A stretch of 64,000 bases of DNA from assembly GCA_010093995.1 (NCBI GenBank), contig ML992511.1:628745-692744 (forward strand). The letters run 5' to 3'. The position numbers were made by a program, and so were the translations under genes. This DNA is from Elsinoe ampelina (lineage: Eukaryota). Under the pieces are notes generated by a model. It saw only the letters and a list, made by a program, of their open reading frames with translations. It was not told the DNA's origin and did not search any database. Below are positions 25,745 to 36,512 of the stretch, piece after piece (position 1 is the first letter of the stretch; the number at the start of each line of letters is the position of its first letter).

Positions 25745-28200
25745 ATGCACCTAACCCCCACGCAACTCTCCCACCTCAAACCCCACCTCGTCGGCAAACT
25801 CGAGTCCCTCTCCAGCGAAGCCGACTGCGACGTGCTGGCGGACTACCTCGTCGAGCTGATAAAGTCCGAGGGAGATGAAGCCGACGTGATCGCGACCACG
25901 AAGGAGCAGTTGGCGGATTTCTTGCCGGATTGTGGGCGGTTCGTGGATGGGGTGTTTGAGGATTTGAGGACGGGGAGGTATGAGCCCGGGTATAAAGGGG
26001 AGGGAAGTACGGTGGTAGCAGGGGGGAGGGGAGGGAGGGAAGGAGGAGGGGGGCATGGAGGGAGGGATTTTGGAGGGGCGCCGGGGGGCCGGACGTTGAA
26101 GAGGTATAGGGATGAGGAGGAGGAGATGGGTGAATCGATGTCGCGGGGGGATGAGAGGGGGAATTGGCGGGGGAGAGGGGAGAGGGGGGTCAAGGCTGCG
26201 AGGAGGGGGAGGGGGGATTATGCTGGGAGAGGTCGGAGGGGAGGGTATGATGGAGGCGCAACGGGAGGGGGGTATAATCCTCAGGCGCAAGGGTTTGCGC
26301 CGCAGTCACAAGCGCAAGGAGGGTTCGGTGATCAGCACTCCACCGGTCAGATGCCGTTTGCGTTTGACTTGACGAATCCGATGGCTATGATGCAGGCGCT
26401 GCAGCAGGCTATGGGGATGCTGCAGGGGATGCAGGGAGTGCAGGGTGGCCAACAGAGGAGGACGGGGAAGCGGTGTAGGGATTATGATACAAAAGGTGTC
26501 TGCACGAGGGGGGCGACGTGCCCGTATGACCATGGGGAGGTTTACGACGACTATGAGGCTCAAAATCCTGCAGGTGATCGGGGCCATGAGCGTGGGAGGG
26601 GCAGAGGCAGAGGACGAGGGGACAGAGGAGCTGGGAGGGGAGGTAGAGGAGGAAGGGCACCTTTCTCGAGCGCAGCTCCGGAGAGTGACTCCAAAGCTAT
26701 CGTGGTGGAGCAAATACCGGCTGAGCACTTCAACGAGGAGAGCGTCAGGGACTTCTTTAGCGAATTCGGTATGATTGAGGACGTCGAGATGCAGGAGGTC
26801 AGAAAGTTGGCCATCGTCAAGTACACCGATCATGAAGGGGCAAGAAGCGCCTTCAAGAGCCCGAAAGTGGTCTTCGACAACCGCTTTGTCAAAGTATACT
26901 GGTACCACCCCGAAGCCCTGGAGCAACAGAACGGCCATGGTCATCGTGGCGGACGAGGTCGAGGTCGCGGCGGCATGAACGGTGAACGTAAACACCGAAA
27001 CAGCGACACCAACATGTCCGAGCCCAACCTCGAAGACCAGATCGACCCAGTAGAGTTCCGCAAACAACAAGAAGGCGCCCAACAACGCTTCGAAGAGCTC
27101 AAAGCAGCCAAAGCGAGACGAGAAGAGCTCGAAGCAAAAATGGCAGCCCAAGCCTCAGAACGCGCTGCCCTCCTACAAAAACTCGCCGAAAAGACCAAAA
27201 CCGAAACCCCCAACCCCAACAACCCCTCCACCAACGGCGCCGACATCCACGGCATCGGCCTCAGCACCGCCTCCACCCCCGCTCCCCCCAGCACCTCCTC
27301 CCAAACCGACGCCCTAAAAGCCAAACTCGCCGCCCTCGAAGCCGAAGCCCGAAGTATAGGCATCAACCCCGACATCCCCGCCCCGAACAGCACCTACCAA
27401 GACTTCGCCCCTCGCGGCCGAGGCAGGGGCTTTGTCCCACGCGGCGGCTTCCACGGGCGCGGCGGGTACCCACACCGAGGGGGATGGCGCGGCCGCGGCG
27501 CCTACGGGGGGCTGCAAGGCGGGGCGGTGAAGAGGCTGGATAACAGGCCGAGGGGGTTCAGCGTTGTGTTCGAGCAGGGGAAGAAGTACGAGGATATGCA
27601 GGAGGGATTGAGGCAGTATTTACTTTTCGTGAGTCCCCCTCTTGCCATTTCTATTCCCTTCGTCTTGCCCTTTTGGCCCCCTCCCCCCTTTCCCCCTTCC
27701 CCCCTTCCCCTTGGGACAAAGTTGCTGACGTCTTCCAGTCCGACCAGATCCAATCCGCCCGCGTCTCCCCCCACCCCGGACGCGAGGACGCCGCGTTACT
27801 GGTCTACACTGAGCGCTACAAGGCGGAGATGTTCCTCGCCGCGGTGCAGCAGAGTAAGAACCAGCTTACGCACGTTGGGAAGGTGGAGGTGGCTTGGGTG
27901 CCGAATGGGGAGGTGCCGGAGGGGGCGTTCCCTGAGGTGCACGGGCAGATTCATGGGAATGGGAACGGGCAGGGGGAGGTGGTTGGGTCGTGGGATGGAG
28001 GGCAGGGAGCGGGGAATGGAGTCGGGAAGGATGAGGGGATGGAGGATGGTGGTGGGGACACGAATGGTGCTGGTGAGGAAACGAATGAGGCAGGCGAGGG
28101 AGGGGGTGGGCAGGTTCAGGGGGCGAGGCAGGGGCAAGGTCAGACGGAGATGAATTATGATGTCGCGGATGATGACGATGAGAGGTGGATGGCGGAGTGA
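25745..28200 (+). CDS. RBM26/RBM27-like RNA-binding protein (PWI + CCCH zinc finger + RRM + RGG repeats)
   Basis: PWI-like N-terminus (SEADCDVLADYLVEL), CCCH finger CRDYDTKGVCTRGATCPYDH, RRM ending KVVFDNRFVKVYW, KRLDNRPR motif. Intron 27629-27738 joins the 27673-28200 frame. Confidence 0.85.
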
Positions 28201-28481
28201 AAGCGGCGGAGAAAGCCTGGATACGGATGCAAGGGGTAGATAAGAGTGGTATAGTAGATGGTATCTACATGTTGTACATGGCAAGTCTGCTTGCCTGGAT
28301 ACTACAGTATGTCCTTGATGCTCCTTGCGCTGTGCGATGCAATGCCTTGCCCATTCGGAAGCCGAGGTTGTGGCGCTTCTTCTCGCACGTCTCGTCGCCT
28401 GTCTTACACACCTCCTGCGAGCGAAACCTGCGGCTTGCGGAGCGGCGCTGATGTGATTATACAAATGGTGACGAAGATCGA

Positions 28482-29810
28482 TCAAGTGACAATCTCCCCT
28501 GAATCCACCATCTGCGCCTTCCACTTCTCTCCCTTCCTCTCCAGCTCGGCTTGCCTACTCGGCAGGCATATTTGGTCTGCGGGCGGACTGTACAAATACC
28601 AACTCCGCAATGCTTGTGCCGCTGCTCTGACTCTTCCTTCATTCAGCGTTGATCCAGCATCTTCCCCAAGCTTGTTCCTCCCACTGTACACACCGACCAC
28701 GTATACTGGTGATCTCGTTTTTCGTCCGGTCTCTGAGATGAGTCGCGCGACTGGTGCCTCGAACTGCTTACGATGGCAGAGTAGTTTGAGGTCTCTCGTG
28801 GGGTCGCGGAAGTAGAAGAGCTTGTGGAGGGGAAGGTGGCGGGAGAGAATGTGTGCGTGGTGGAAGGATTGCATGCTTGTGGCGCCGGAGTAGAGGTATA
28901 ATGCGCCAAAGACTGCTCGGATGAATTGCGCAGATGCTGCTTCGAGTGTGATGCCTGACAATGCTCTTTCTGCCGGGACCTCATCCTTCAGGTCCTGTGC
29001 CACATCCTGGTCAAGTCCGAGAGCTGATTCGTGTGTCTCGACTCCAGATTTCAGATCTCCAAATTCGTCATCGAAGACGATCCTTGACGATATGCCTCTT
29101 CGATCGTGGAACTGCTCGCGTGGTCTCCCTGTGCCTTGCGGCTTAGCCGCCCCTATCACGTCTTTCACAAGATGCTGCCTGTCACCAGCCATCGCGTTGC
29201 CTGCCGCTACCCGCTCGAATTGTAGGTATCCAACATCGACCTCTGGGCCTGGTGCATCAGCGGCTTCTACACCCCACTCTTGACGAAGCATTGCAAGTGT
29301 CTTGTCTCCGGAATAGGCGTACTGGGCAGCGTAGATGATCGGCATCGGTAGCCGTGGATAGTTGCATATCAACCATTCTGCAGTGTAGTAGGCGATGAGC
29401 TCTTGACCTAAGAGAGCCAGGGAGGCGTTGTTGTGCTCTGGTTGTCGATCGGCCGAGGGATGTGTAAGGCATCTTGCTAACGTCGAAAGGGTGAATCGTG
29501 CAGGGAGAGATAATCGAGCATGTAGAGCACCAAGCTTTGCAGAATGAAGGTCTCGATGCCGCCGCCGTGGCTGCTTCAGTTCAATTTCTGTCTCCGCCTC
29601 CTCGAAGGGCAATTGGGTCTGGGCTTCTCGTCGACAACTGCTCGAGGTGTGAAACCGATGCGAGCTGGAGGGAGTCGATACTCTTGCTATCCGACTCTTA
29701 TGACTTGACCAAGTTGCGTCCGCTGGAGCTGTCGAGGTCACGTTAATCGTCCGTGGATTTCGCGGGGGGAGGTATGCACCGCTCCATCGCCCAAACCGAA
29801 CGCGCCTCAT
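28482..29810 (-). CDS. MRPL3: Mitochondrial large-subunit ribosomal protein mL44 (RNase III-like + dsRBD)
   Basis: SAKLGALHARLSLP, HNNASLALLG, YPRLPM, FEAPVARLISETGRKTRSPVYVVGVYSG. Arg-rich presequence-like start MRRVRFGRW at 29810. Confidence 0.9.
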   Translation of the reverse strand: MRRVRFGRWSGAYLPPRNPRTINVTSTAPADATWSSHKSRIARVSTPSSSHRFHTSSSCRREAQTQLPFEEAETEIELKQPRRRHRDLHSAKLGALHARLSLPARFTLSTLARCLTHPSADRQPEHNNASLALLGQELIAYYTAEWLICNYPRLPMPIIYAAQYAYSGDKTLAMLRQEWGVEAADAPGPEVDVGYLQFERVAAGNAMAGDRQHLVKDVIGAAKPQGTGRPREQFHDRRGISSRIVFDDEFGDLKSGVETHESALGLDQDVAQDLKDEVPAERALSGITLEAASAQFIRAVFGALYLYSGATSMQSFHHAHILSRHLPLHKLFYFRDPTRDLKLLCHRKQFEAPVARLISETGRKTRSPVYVVGVYSGRNKLGEDAGSTLNEGRVRAAAQALRSWYLYSPPADQICLPSRQAELERKGEKWKAQMVDSGEIVT

Positions 29811-30045
29811 GAGAAAATTGCTAGGTCCAGTTCCGAGGATTAGGAGAAGCCGGAACGACGCTTTGAAACGACCGCGATGGTGCTTTGTGGTTTGGTTGAT
29901 ATGTGGTCGAGATCCAGTTGCCATAAAAATTTCGGAGGATGAGACTGGACGAGCTCACAGCGGCAACTCCCGCGCCGATCCACGACTTCATATGACATCT
30001 CGACATCGCCTTTCCTTTCTACACACCAATTGACAGCAACTCACA

Positions 30046-30387
30046 ATGTCGAAAGTGCCGTACGCCGAGTCGCATGTCTCAGTGGTACTGCCCTCGCTGA
30101 TTCAATGCCAGATACCCCAAGCACGTCTGGTCACCAGCCGGTGGTTGGTACAGCCAACCTGCGAACTGGAAGGGCAACACAGCAATCATGTCGGGAGTCA
30201 TAGTCGCCATCACAGCAGCTGCCTGGACATTGAGTGCGAATTTGGAGCATCGCGACCGATTTCCAGAGCCAGGTCGATTCTTCCCTAGCCGATAGTGCGT
30301 TCTTTTCTGTAGGAGGTTGCGCCATAAACGACTAACAAGCATAGTTGGAGCCGGGAGATTCGTGAGCACGAGAGGCAGCAGAAGTAG
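30046..30387 (+). CDS. Small mitochondrial complex I accessory subunit, NUUM/NDUFC1(KFYI)-like, 79 aa, 3 exons
   Basis: Exons 30046-30059, 30112-30294 and 30345-30387 (240 nt) with GT-AG introns and branch sites give MSKVPYPKHVWSPAGGWYSQPANWKGNTAIMSGVIVAITAAAWTLSANLEHRDRFPEPGRFFPSRYWSREIREHERQQK. Family assignment is from recalled similarity. Confidence 0.85.
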
Positions 30388-30596
30388 GGACGTCAGGAGT
30401 CGAATACCAGAGCATGAAGGGCGACGGCGGATTGGCGGGACACCCATGTGACTCGACGCCAACGTAGCGCCGAGCTGAGGGATACAGGAGCACCAAAGAG
30501 CCAATCCGGCACGGCTAGAAGATCGCACGGCCAGGCATATGTCAATTTACGCAATGAATGTACAGCACTTCGAAATTGCTGCCGTGTTTATGCATA

Positions 30597-31716
30597 TCAA
30601 GGATCAAGTCCGGCCCTGGCTTTCCATTCTGCCAGTCGCTGTAGAGGGTTGGCGCCGTTCCACTGCTCATGACCACTATTGTCATGATCTAGAGTTGGGA
30701 TTCCCACTTGCTCAATGCAGAAACTCGCACTTATAGTGCCCCATGCAACAGCTTCCGTGACATCACCAGTTCGTGCAAGACCTGCACTGAAGCCGCCCAA
30801 AAAGCCATTGCCACCTCCTGTAGGGTCTACAACCCGTTCTTGTTCCGTGTGATACGGTGGTAACCATCTTCGTATGCGGTTCGGCAGATTGACAGCCAGG
30901 TAGCAACCCTCTTTGCCTGCTCGAACGATAACGCATAAATGCCGGTTGTGCTTGGTAGCGTGCGTAAGCATCTCTTCGGCGCATTCCTCCACTACCGCTG
31001 CTGTGAATCCATTCTCGTGTACCTCATCCAACCGGTTGAACAAATTTGCTAGTTCTGAATGGTTGGGACTTAGCACATCGACGTAATCGATCGTGTCAAG
31101 GGTGTCGGCAAGTGCTTCGGGTACTGCTAGATCCGGGACCGGCTCAAAGATGAACTTGGGCGTCGGCAGATCAGGATGAAGTATTTTCTGCCTCATGGTG
31201 ATCCCTTTGACAAGATCAACGGCACGGGTGGGAGAGCACACCATGTGGAACGTTTTTGAAGTCAACAAAGCCGGCGTCAAATCGTCCTCCGAGATGCGAA
31301 TCTTGGGAGTGAGGTACTTAAAGTCACGGCGTTCGTTTTCCGAATATCCATTCCAACCCCTTGTGGTAGGGCCGTCTCGAGGTCGCATCAAGGCGCCGGT
31401 CCCCCAACTGTCGATCGTAGTCCGCAGATCGTCTGGAAAGTCTAGTCCGCAGTCGATAATCCATCCTACTCCTTTTGAGCTTGGAGGAGGCGACATGATT
31501 CTGGCGCCTACTGCACAGTATGTCCCAGCCCCACCAGGGATTCCAAGATGAGCTTTCTCGCCTTTTGACGAGGGAGGCGGATAGATGTCATCTGGAAGCA
31601 GGCATCAGGTTCGTTCGCTTGCGATCTGTCTTTGCGGCAAAAGGATCATGAGAAATGGGTGAGATCAATCAAATTTACCCACCTATGATGAACATGCCCA
31701 TAGTGGTAAAGTCCAT
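30597..31716 (-). CDS. pfkB/ribokinase-family protein, Mak32-like
   Basis: Start MDFTTMGMFIID with an intron at ~31683-31593, then PGGAGTYCAVGARI, VDVLSPNHSE and the pfkB signature VVDPTGGGNGFLGG. Confidence 0.88.
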
Positions 31717-32124
31717 GATTGCCAAGCGGGCACGTCGTCAGACACGGGAGATGGGAGGGAAGATTCTGGTGCCTATTGTCAAGTGGAGGAGAGTGATGGG
31801 CAAAGTGTGGTAAGAAATAAGGCATCCAGGTATCACGCCGACAGCAGGCGTGTTGAACCACGTCAGTCAGGGACCGGCAATCTCGCGGCCTTCTTCGCCG
31901 CATAAATTCCAACTTATGTACCATCACCACAACCAACAAAGCATCAATCGACTTGTCTTCGAGCCAGTCATTTCCGACCACGATTAGGTTTCGATTGAAT
32001 AAAATCATCTGCAGATTGACGTCGATCCGCGGCACCAGCAGAAGAGGTCGAGGCTGAAGCTTGCCCCTGAGCTGCATTCCTCTCGCCGAGCTATAGCGGA
32101 ACGGCATCCTAGCTCCGAATCAGG

Positions 32125-33943
32125 ATGAACAATCTCACGACTCTCATCAAACGGTTCGTTGTTCCATTCAAGCTCATTGCTTGAGCACCTTTACTTCTCC
32201 ATATCCTATCCAACGCTCGTCATCTCCAACATGACAGAGTCCATCGGCTACAACTCGCAACGAGCAAGTCGCGTACCTGAGAATGTTCTGACAACCCTCC
32301 TTCGCAGGCTTGAAGCTGCCACTTCGCGTCTCGAAGATATCGCTCTCTCAATTCCCGGCGTAGATGGATCTGGTGCTGCTACTGGACTCAATGGGTCGAT
32401 TCCCTCGACCATAGTCACCTCCGACAAAGATGGGGAAGCCACTCCTACCGCGGCTTCATCGTTACCACCGGCATTGGCAGACTTTGGAGAGTTGACGGAG
32501 GGTTCATTGGCCAAATACGTGGATAGCGGGAAAGATTTGGATCAAACAATAGCGGACCAGGCCTTGTCGCTGGCAACAGCGTTCAAGGCACAACAAAGAT
32601 ACCTCCTTATTGCGACTAAGGCAAAGAAACCAGACATGAACTCGGCACCCTTTGGGGAGCTCATCAGCAGTCTACAGCATGCTCTAGGCGCCGTCAACGA
32701 TATCAAGGATAGCAACAGGGGGTCGCCGTTCAAAGATCACCTCAACATGGTGAGCGAAGGTACGAGCGCACTTCTGTGGATCTTCGAAACAAAACCGGCG
32801 GACTATATCGGAGAATGCATTGGAGGAGTCCAGATGTTTGGGAACAGGATTCTGAAAGAGTACAAGGAAAAGTATGTCATTATTTTCTCTTCTAGCAAGC
32901 CCAAGCTTACAGACCACCCAGGGATCCGAACCATGTCGCGTACGCTCAGGCTTATGTCGGATTGTGGAAAAGCCTCCAAGAATACGTCAAGAAGCACTAT
33001 GCTCAAGGTGTCCAATGGAATAGCAGCGGTGTAGACCTCGCGGAAGCCTTGAAGGGTGGCGACGAGGCTCCTACGTCTAACGCAGCGCCACCACCACCGC
33101 CGCCGCCACCAGGAGCTGCTGGCGGACCTCCACCTCCACCACCTCCTCCCATGCCGGTACTCGACGCTTTCCCGGCACCGCCGAAACCGAAATCAGGCGG
33201 AGATATGGGCGCTGTATTCGATCAATTGAACAGGGGCGAATCGGTGACGGCAGGTCTGAAGAAGGTAGACAAGAGTCAGATGACACACAAGAATCCATCG
33301 TTGCGAGCCAGTGGAGCAGTGCCAGAAAGGACGAAGAGCTCGGATAGTCTAAGCAGCCAGCGGAGTAAGGGACCAAACACCAAACCGAAGCCTGAGAGCA
33401 TGCGGACAAAGAAGGAGGGCAAGAAAGAGCTGGATGGGAACAAGTGGTACATTGTGAGTGACATGAGTGTTGACGACTTAAGCAATCTCTAATTACCAAT
33501 AGGAGAACTTTGACAGCCCGTCAGCACCGATCGAGATTGAAGTCGAGCAAAACCACTCGATCCTCATCTCAAGATGTAAGAACACCACCATCATCCTGAA
33601 AGGCAAGGCAAATGCCGTCAGTATCGACAACTCGAGCCGAACGAATCTCGTTCTTGACAGCTTGATTTCCTCTGTAGATGTGGTCAAGTGTCCAAACTTT
33701 GCTTTGCAAGTTCTGGGCGCCCTGCCCACCGTTATGCTTGATCAAGTCGACGGAGCATCGATCTACCTCGGCAAGGAGAGCTTACACACGGAGGTCTACA
33801 CCAGCAAGTGCAGCAGCATCAACATCAATCTACCACCCCCCACGGACGCGGACGACTACAAGGAGGTACCGCTTCCTGAGCAGATCAGGACGTTTGTAAA
33901 AGATGGGAAGCTCGTTAGCGAGATCGTGGAGCACTCTGGGTAG
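32125..33943 (+). CDS. SRV2: Adenylyl cyclase-associated protein CAP/Srv2
   Basis: MNNLTTLIKR|LEAATSRLED (intron 32154-32307), helical domain, poly-Pro, WH2 motif GLKKVDKSQMTHKNPSLR, C-terminal beta-helix ending VSEIVEHSG. Further introns at ~32872-32921 and ~33454-33503. Confidence 0.95.
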
Positions 33944-34119
33944 AATCTGGTGTCCGACTTGCATGATATTTTCGACTATGCCAGGGAGTGGCAGTGCTTT
34001 GATTAGCGTTTGGTATACCATGGTCGACGGAAGCGAGCGATTGATAGACACCGTACATTACTTCTGTCAGGTCTCCGAGAAAAATCCCCCAAGTCTGCCT
34101 CTTCGGGTCAACGAGAACA

Positions 34120-34281
34120 CGACGCAACTTACCAAGCTTCAGTGTATCCATAGTGATACGACGCGATTGCCCTTCCTTGAGGGTTTTGTCGCGAAGGCGC
34201 TATTCTTGTTACGCGTGCACGCAACTTACCAACTCTCAGTGTATCCACAGTGATACAACGCGATCCTTGAGGGTTTTGTCG
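34120..34281 (+). repeat. Imperfect direct repeat, two ~63-72 bp copies
   Basis: ACGCAACTTACCAAgcttCAGTGTATCCATAGTGATACGACGCGAT...CCTTGAGGGTTTTGTCG at ~34120-34191 recurs at ~34219-34281. Each copy contains GTATC...GATAC dyad symmetry. Confidence 0.9.
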
Positions 34282-34498
34282 TATTCTGCCCTCAACTTCC
34301 AAAAATACCTGATGCGCACCCTAAGTAAATGAAGGGTGATGCAATTCGCATAGGGCCACTCATTCTCTTGGTTATCCTGCCCTCTATTTAACAGGCCTCT
34401 CGCGCACTCGTACAACTACAAACCAAATCACAGCGCTCTCGCCAATCCACAGCACTTTCACAAATTTTACATCGCTCAACGCTAAAGACACTCCGAAA

Positions 34499-35005
34499 AT
34501 GCAAATTCTCCTTACTCTTCTCGCATCTATCTCTGTGGTAGCAGCACAGAGTGGGTTCTTCTTCTGGAATCGCTTCCCAGACACTACCGTTGGCGGAAAT
34601 ACCTTCAGTGATTCAAACTCTATTCGTCCAGGTTCCCATTTATCATCGATCACTATTTATTCGGGAGAACGCATCGACGGAATATCGTACACGGTTCAAC
34701 AAAACGGCCAAACCCTCAGTTTCCACCACGGAGGTACTTCCGGAAAGGCACAGACTTTCAATTTCCCCAAGGGCGACGGTATCAACCTCATTGAGACCTG
34801 TGGTACTACCGACGGCAGTACGCGACGGGTGAAATACCTCAGGATGTTGACCCTGCGTGGTACCACGATCCTCGCCGGACAAAAGACAACCTACTGCAGG
34901 ACTCAAGCTCCTCGTGCTAGTGAGTTAGGCATGACTTTGGCTGGCTTCAACGGATTTGCGGGTAGGGATATCGACGCACTTGCGCCATTCTTCACCACCA
35001 AGTAA
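34499..35005 (+). CDS. Small secreted jacalin-like (beta-prism I) lectin, candidate effector
   Basis: Intronless 168-aa ORF with signal peptide MQILLTLLASISVVAA and jacalin-like repeats GGNTFSD, SGERIDGI, HGGTSG, GFNGFAGRDIDALA; two Cys. Confidence 0.8.
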   Translation: MQILLTLLASISVVAAQSGFFFWNRFPDTTVGGNTFSDSNSIRPGSHLSSITIYSGERIDGISYTVQQNGQTLSFHHGGTSGKAQTFNFPKGDGINLIETCGTTDGSTRRVKYLRMLTLRGTTILAGQKTTYCRTQAPRASELGMTLAGFNGFAGRDIDALAPFFTTK

Positions 35006-35254
35006 GTCTTGAAACGCCGAGTCGGAGCCTGTTGGTTGGGGTGTGTGCTGACTAGCCTAAGCTTGGGATAATCTCGGAGTCATTCTTATTCAATAGAAGC
35101 ACTGTGATCTCACACTGCGATCTGCTACTTGCTCGTAAAGGCGCCGAGCCTGGAAATCTCGGTACCGGACGCCCCTGGTTCCCTATATCGTGCCTCAATC
35201 TAGTTAGATACAAGGAATGCACTTTCATTGTCGCTCGATGCCAAATTCCTCCAG

Positions 35255-35952
35255 GCACAGATCCTAACTCTGCTCTACCACCTTTGGAACTGCGATGTTT
35301 GATACACCGCGTGTCTCTATTGTGGCATGACGACCCTGACTTGCGAGAAGTGTGACTCGAGCGCAGATAGAGTGGCATCAGAGAACGCGGAATGATAAAT
35401 CAGAAGCGGCTTGTTGATGATTGTCGAAGGTCGTGTTGGTTGACATGTCTGACTGGGTAAGCATGTCTGTGCCTTGCCAGCTTACTCTTTTCCCTGCCTA
35501 GCCAGGCACGACACGATCTTTCAAGTCATCTAATCATGACAAGTCCTCAAACGTTCTCACCATTGGTACAGGCTTGGACTGGGGAGATTTCGACTGTCGA
35601 GCGTAGCTCCAGGTCGCTCGGTGATCATCAGCATGACGTGCACATTTCTATGCTCCAGCATGTTCGATACTTGTCCACCTCTGTCGCTATTGTCAGGATG
35701 ATTGAAGATGAGGTTAACGCCGCTTGCACAGCTTCGTGTATCGGAACGCATTATACCTGCATGGAAACTTACACCGAACACGACAATCATCAACAAGCCG
35801 CTTCTGATTTATCATTCCGCGTTCTCTGATGCCACTCCATCTGCGCTCGAGTCACACTTCTCGTAAGTCGGGGTCGTCATGCCACAATAGAGACACGCGG
35901 TGGATCAAACATCGCAGTTCCAAAGGTGGTAGAGCAGAGTTGGGATCTGTGC
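35255..35952. repeat. Long inverted repeat (172-bp arms, 354-bp spacer); foldback/MITE-like or hairpin RNA locus
   Basis: 35255-35426 is the reverse complement of 35781-35952, with about 5 mismatches counted by eye. Confidence 0.95.
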
Positions 35953-36512
35953 TATGGTAAAGAGGGCGAAGAGGATCAGATCAAGGGCATCTCAAAGGTG
36001 CATTGGCCCACGAAGGATCCCGTCTATGACCACGAAGGGCCTGTATTGAAAGTATAAAGCTGCAGCTCGTCTTTTTTGATGAATAATGAAAATATACCAA
36101 GGTATTAACCACGTGAGAGTTCACCAAAATAGGTGCAGCAGTTCAAGAGACTTCTCCTGGCCGTGCGTCATTGCGGGCGGCGGAAGTTCCCGGTGGGCGT
36201 GGGCCAGCTGCCTCAGCACCTGATGGACTCATTTGCAACTTCATGTGCAACCTCCCTCGGCTGCCGTCTCAAACTCACCTTTCACCTTGCTTTGTTCTTG
36301 CAAACTAACTTCATCTTCATCATACCTTTCACCTCGCCCCAACACAGTGTCACACACTGTGCTTGAGGGTACCATCGCCGTCTCAGCACGTCGGCCCCTA
36401 CCTCGTCAGCCTGAGACTGTACCCCTCCATCAGCGACTCATCACAGACATCCTCGAGAATATCCGTCGCAGCTCTCGGCCTTACGACTTGATACAAACCA
36501 CTCACAAGCATC

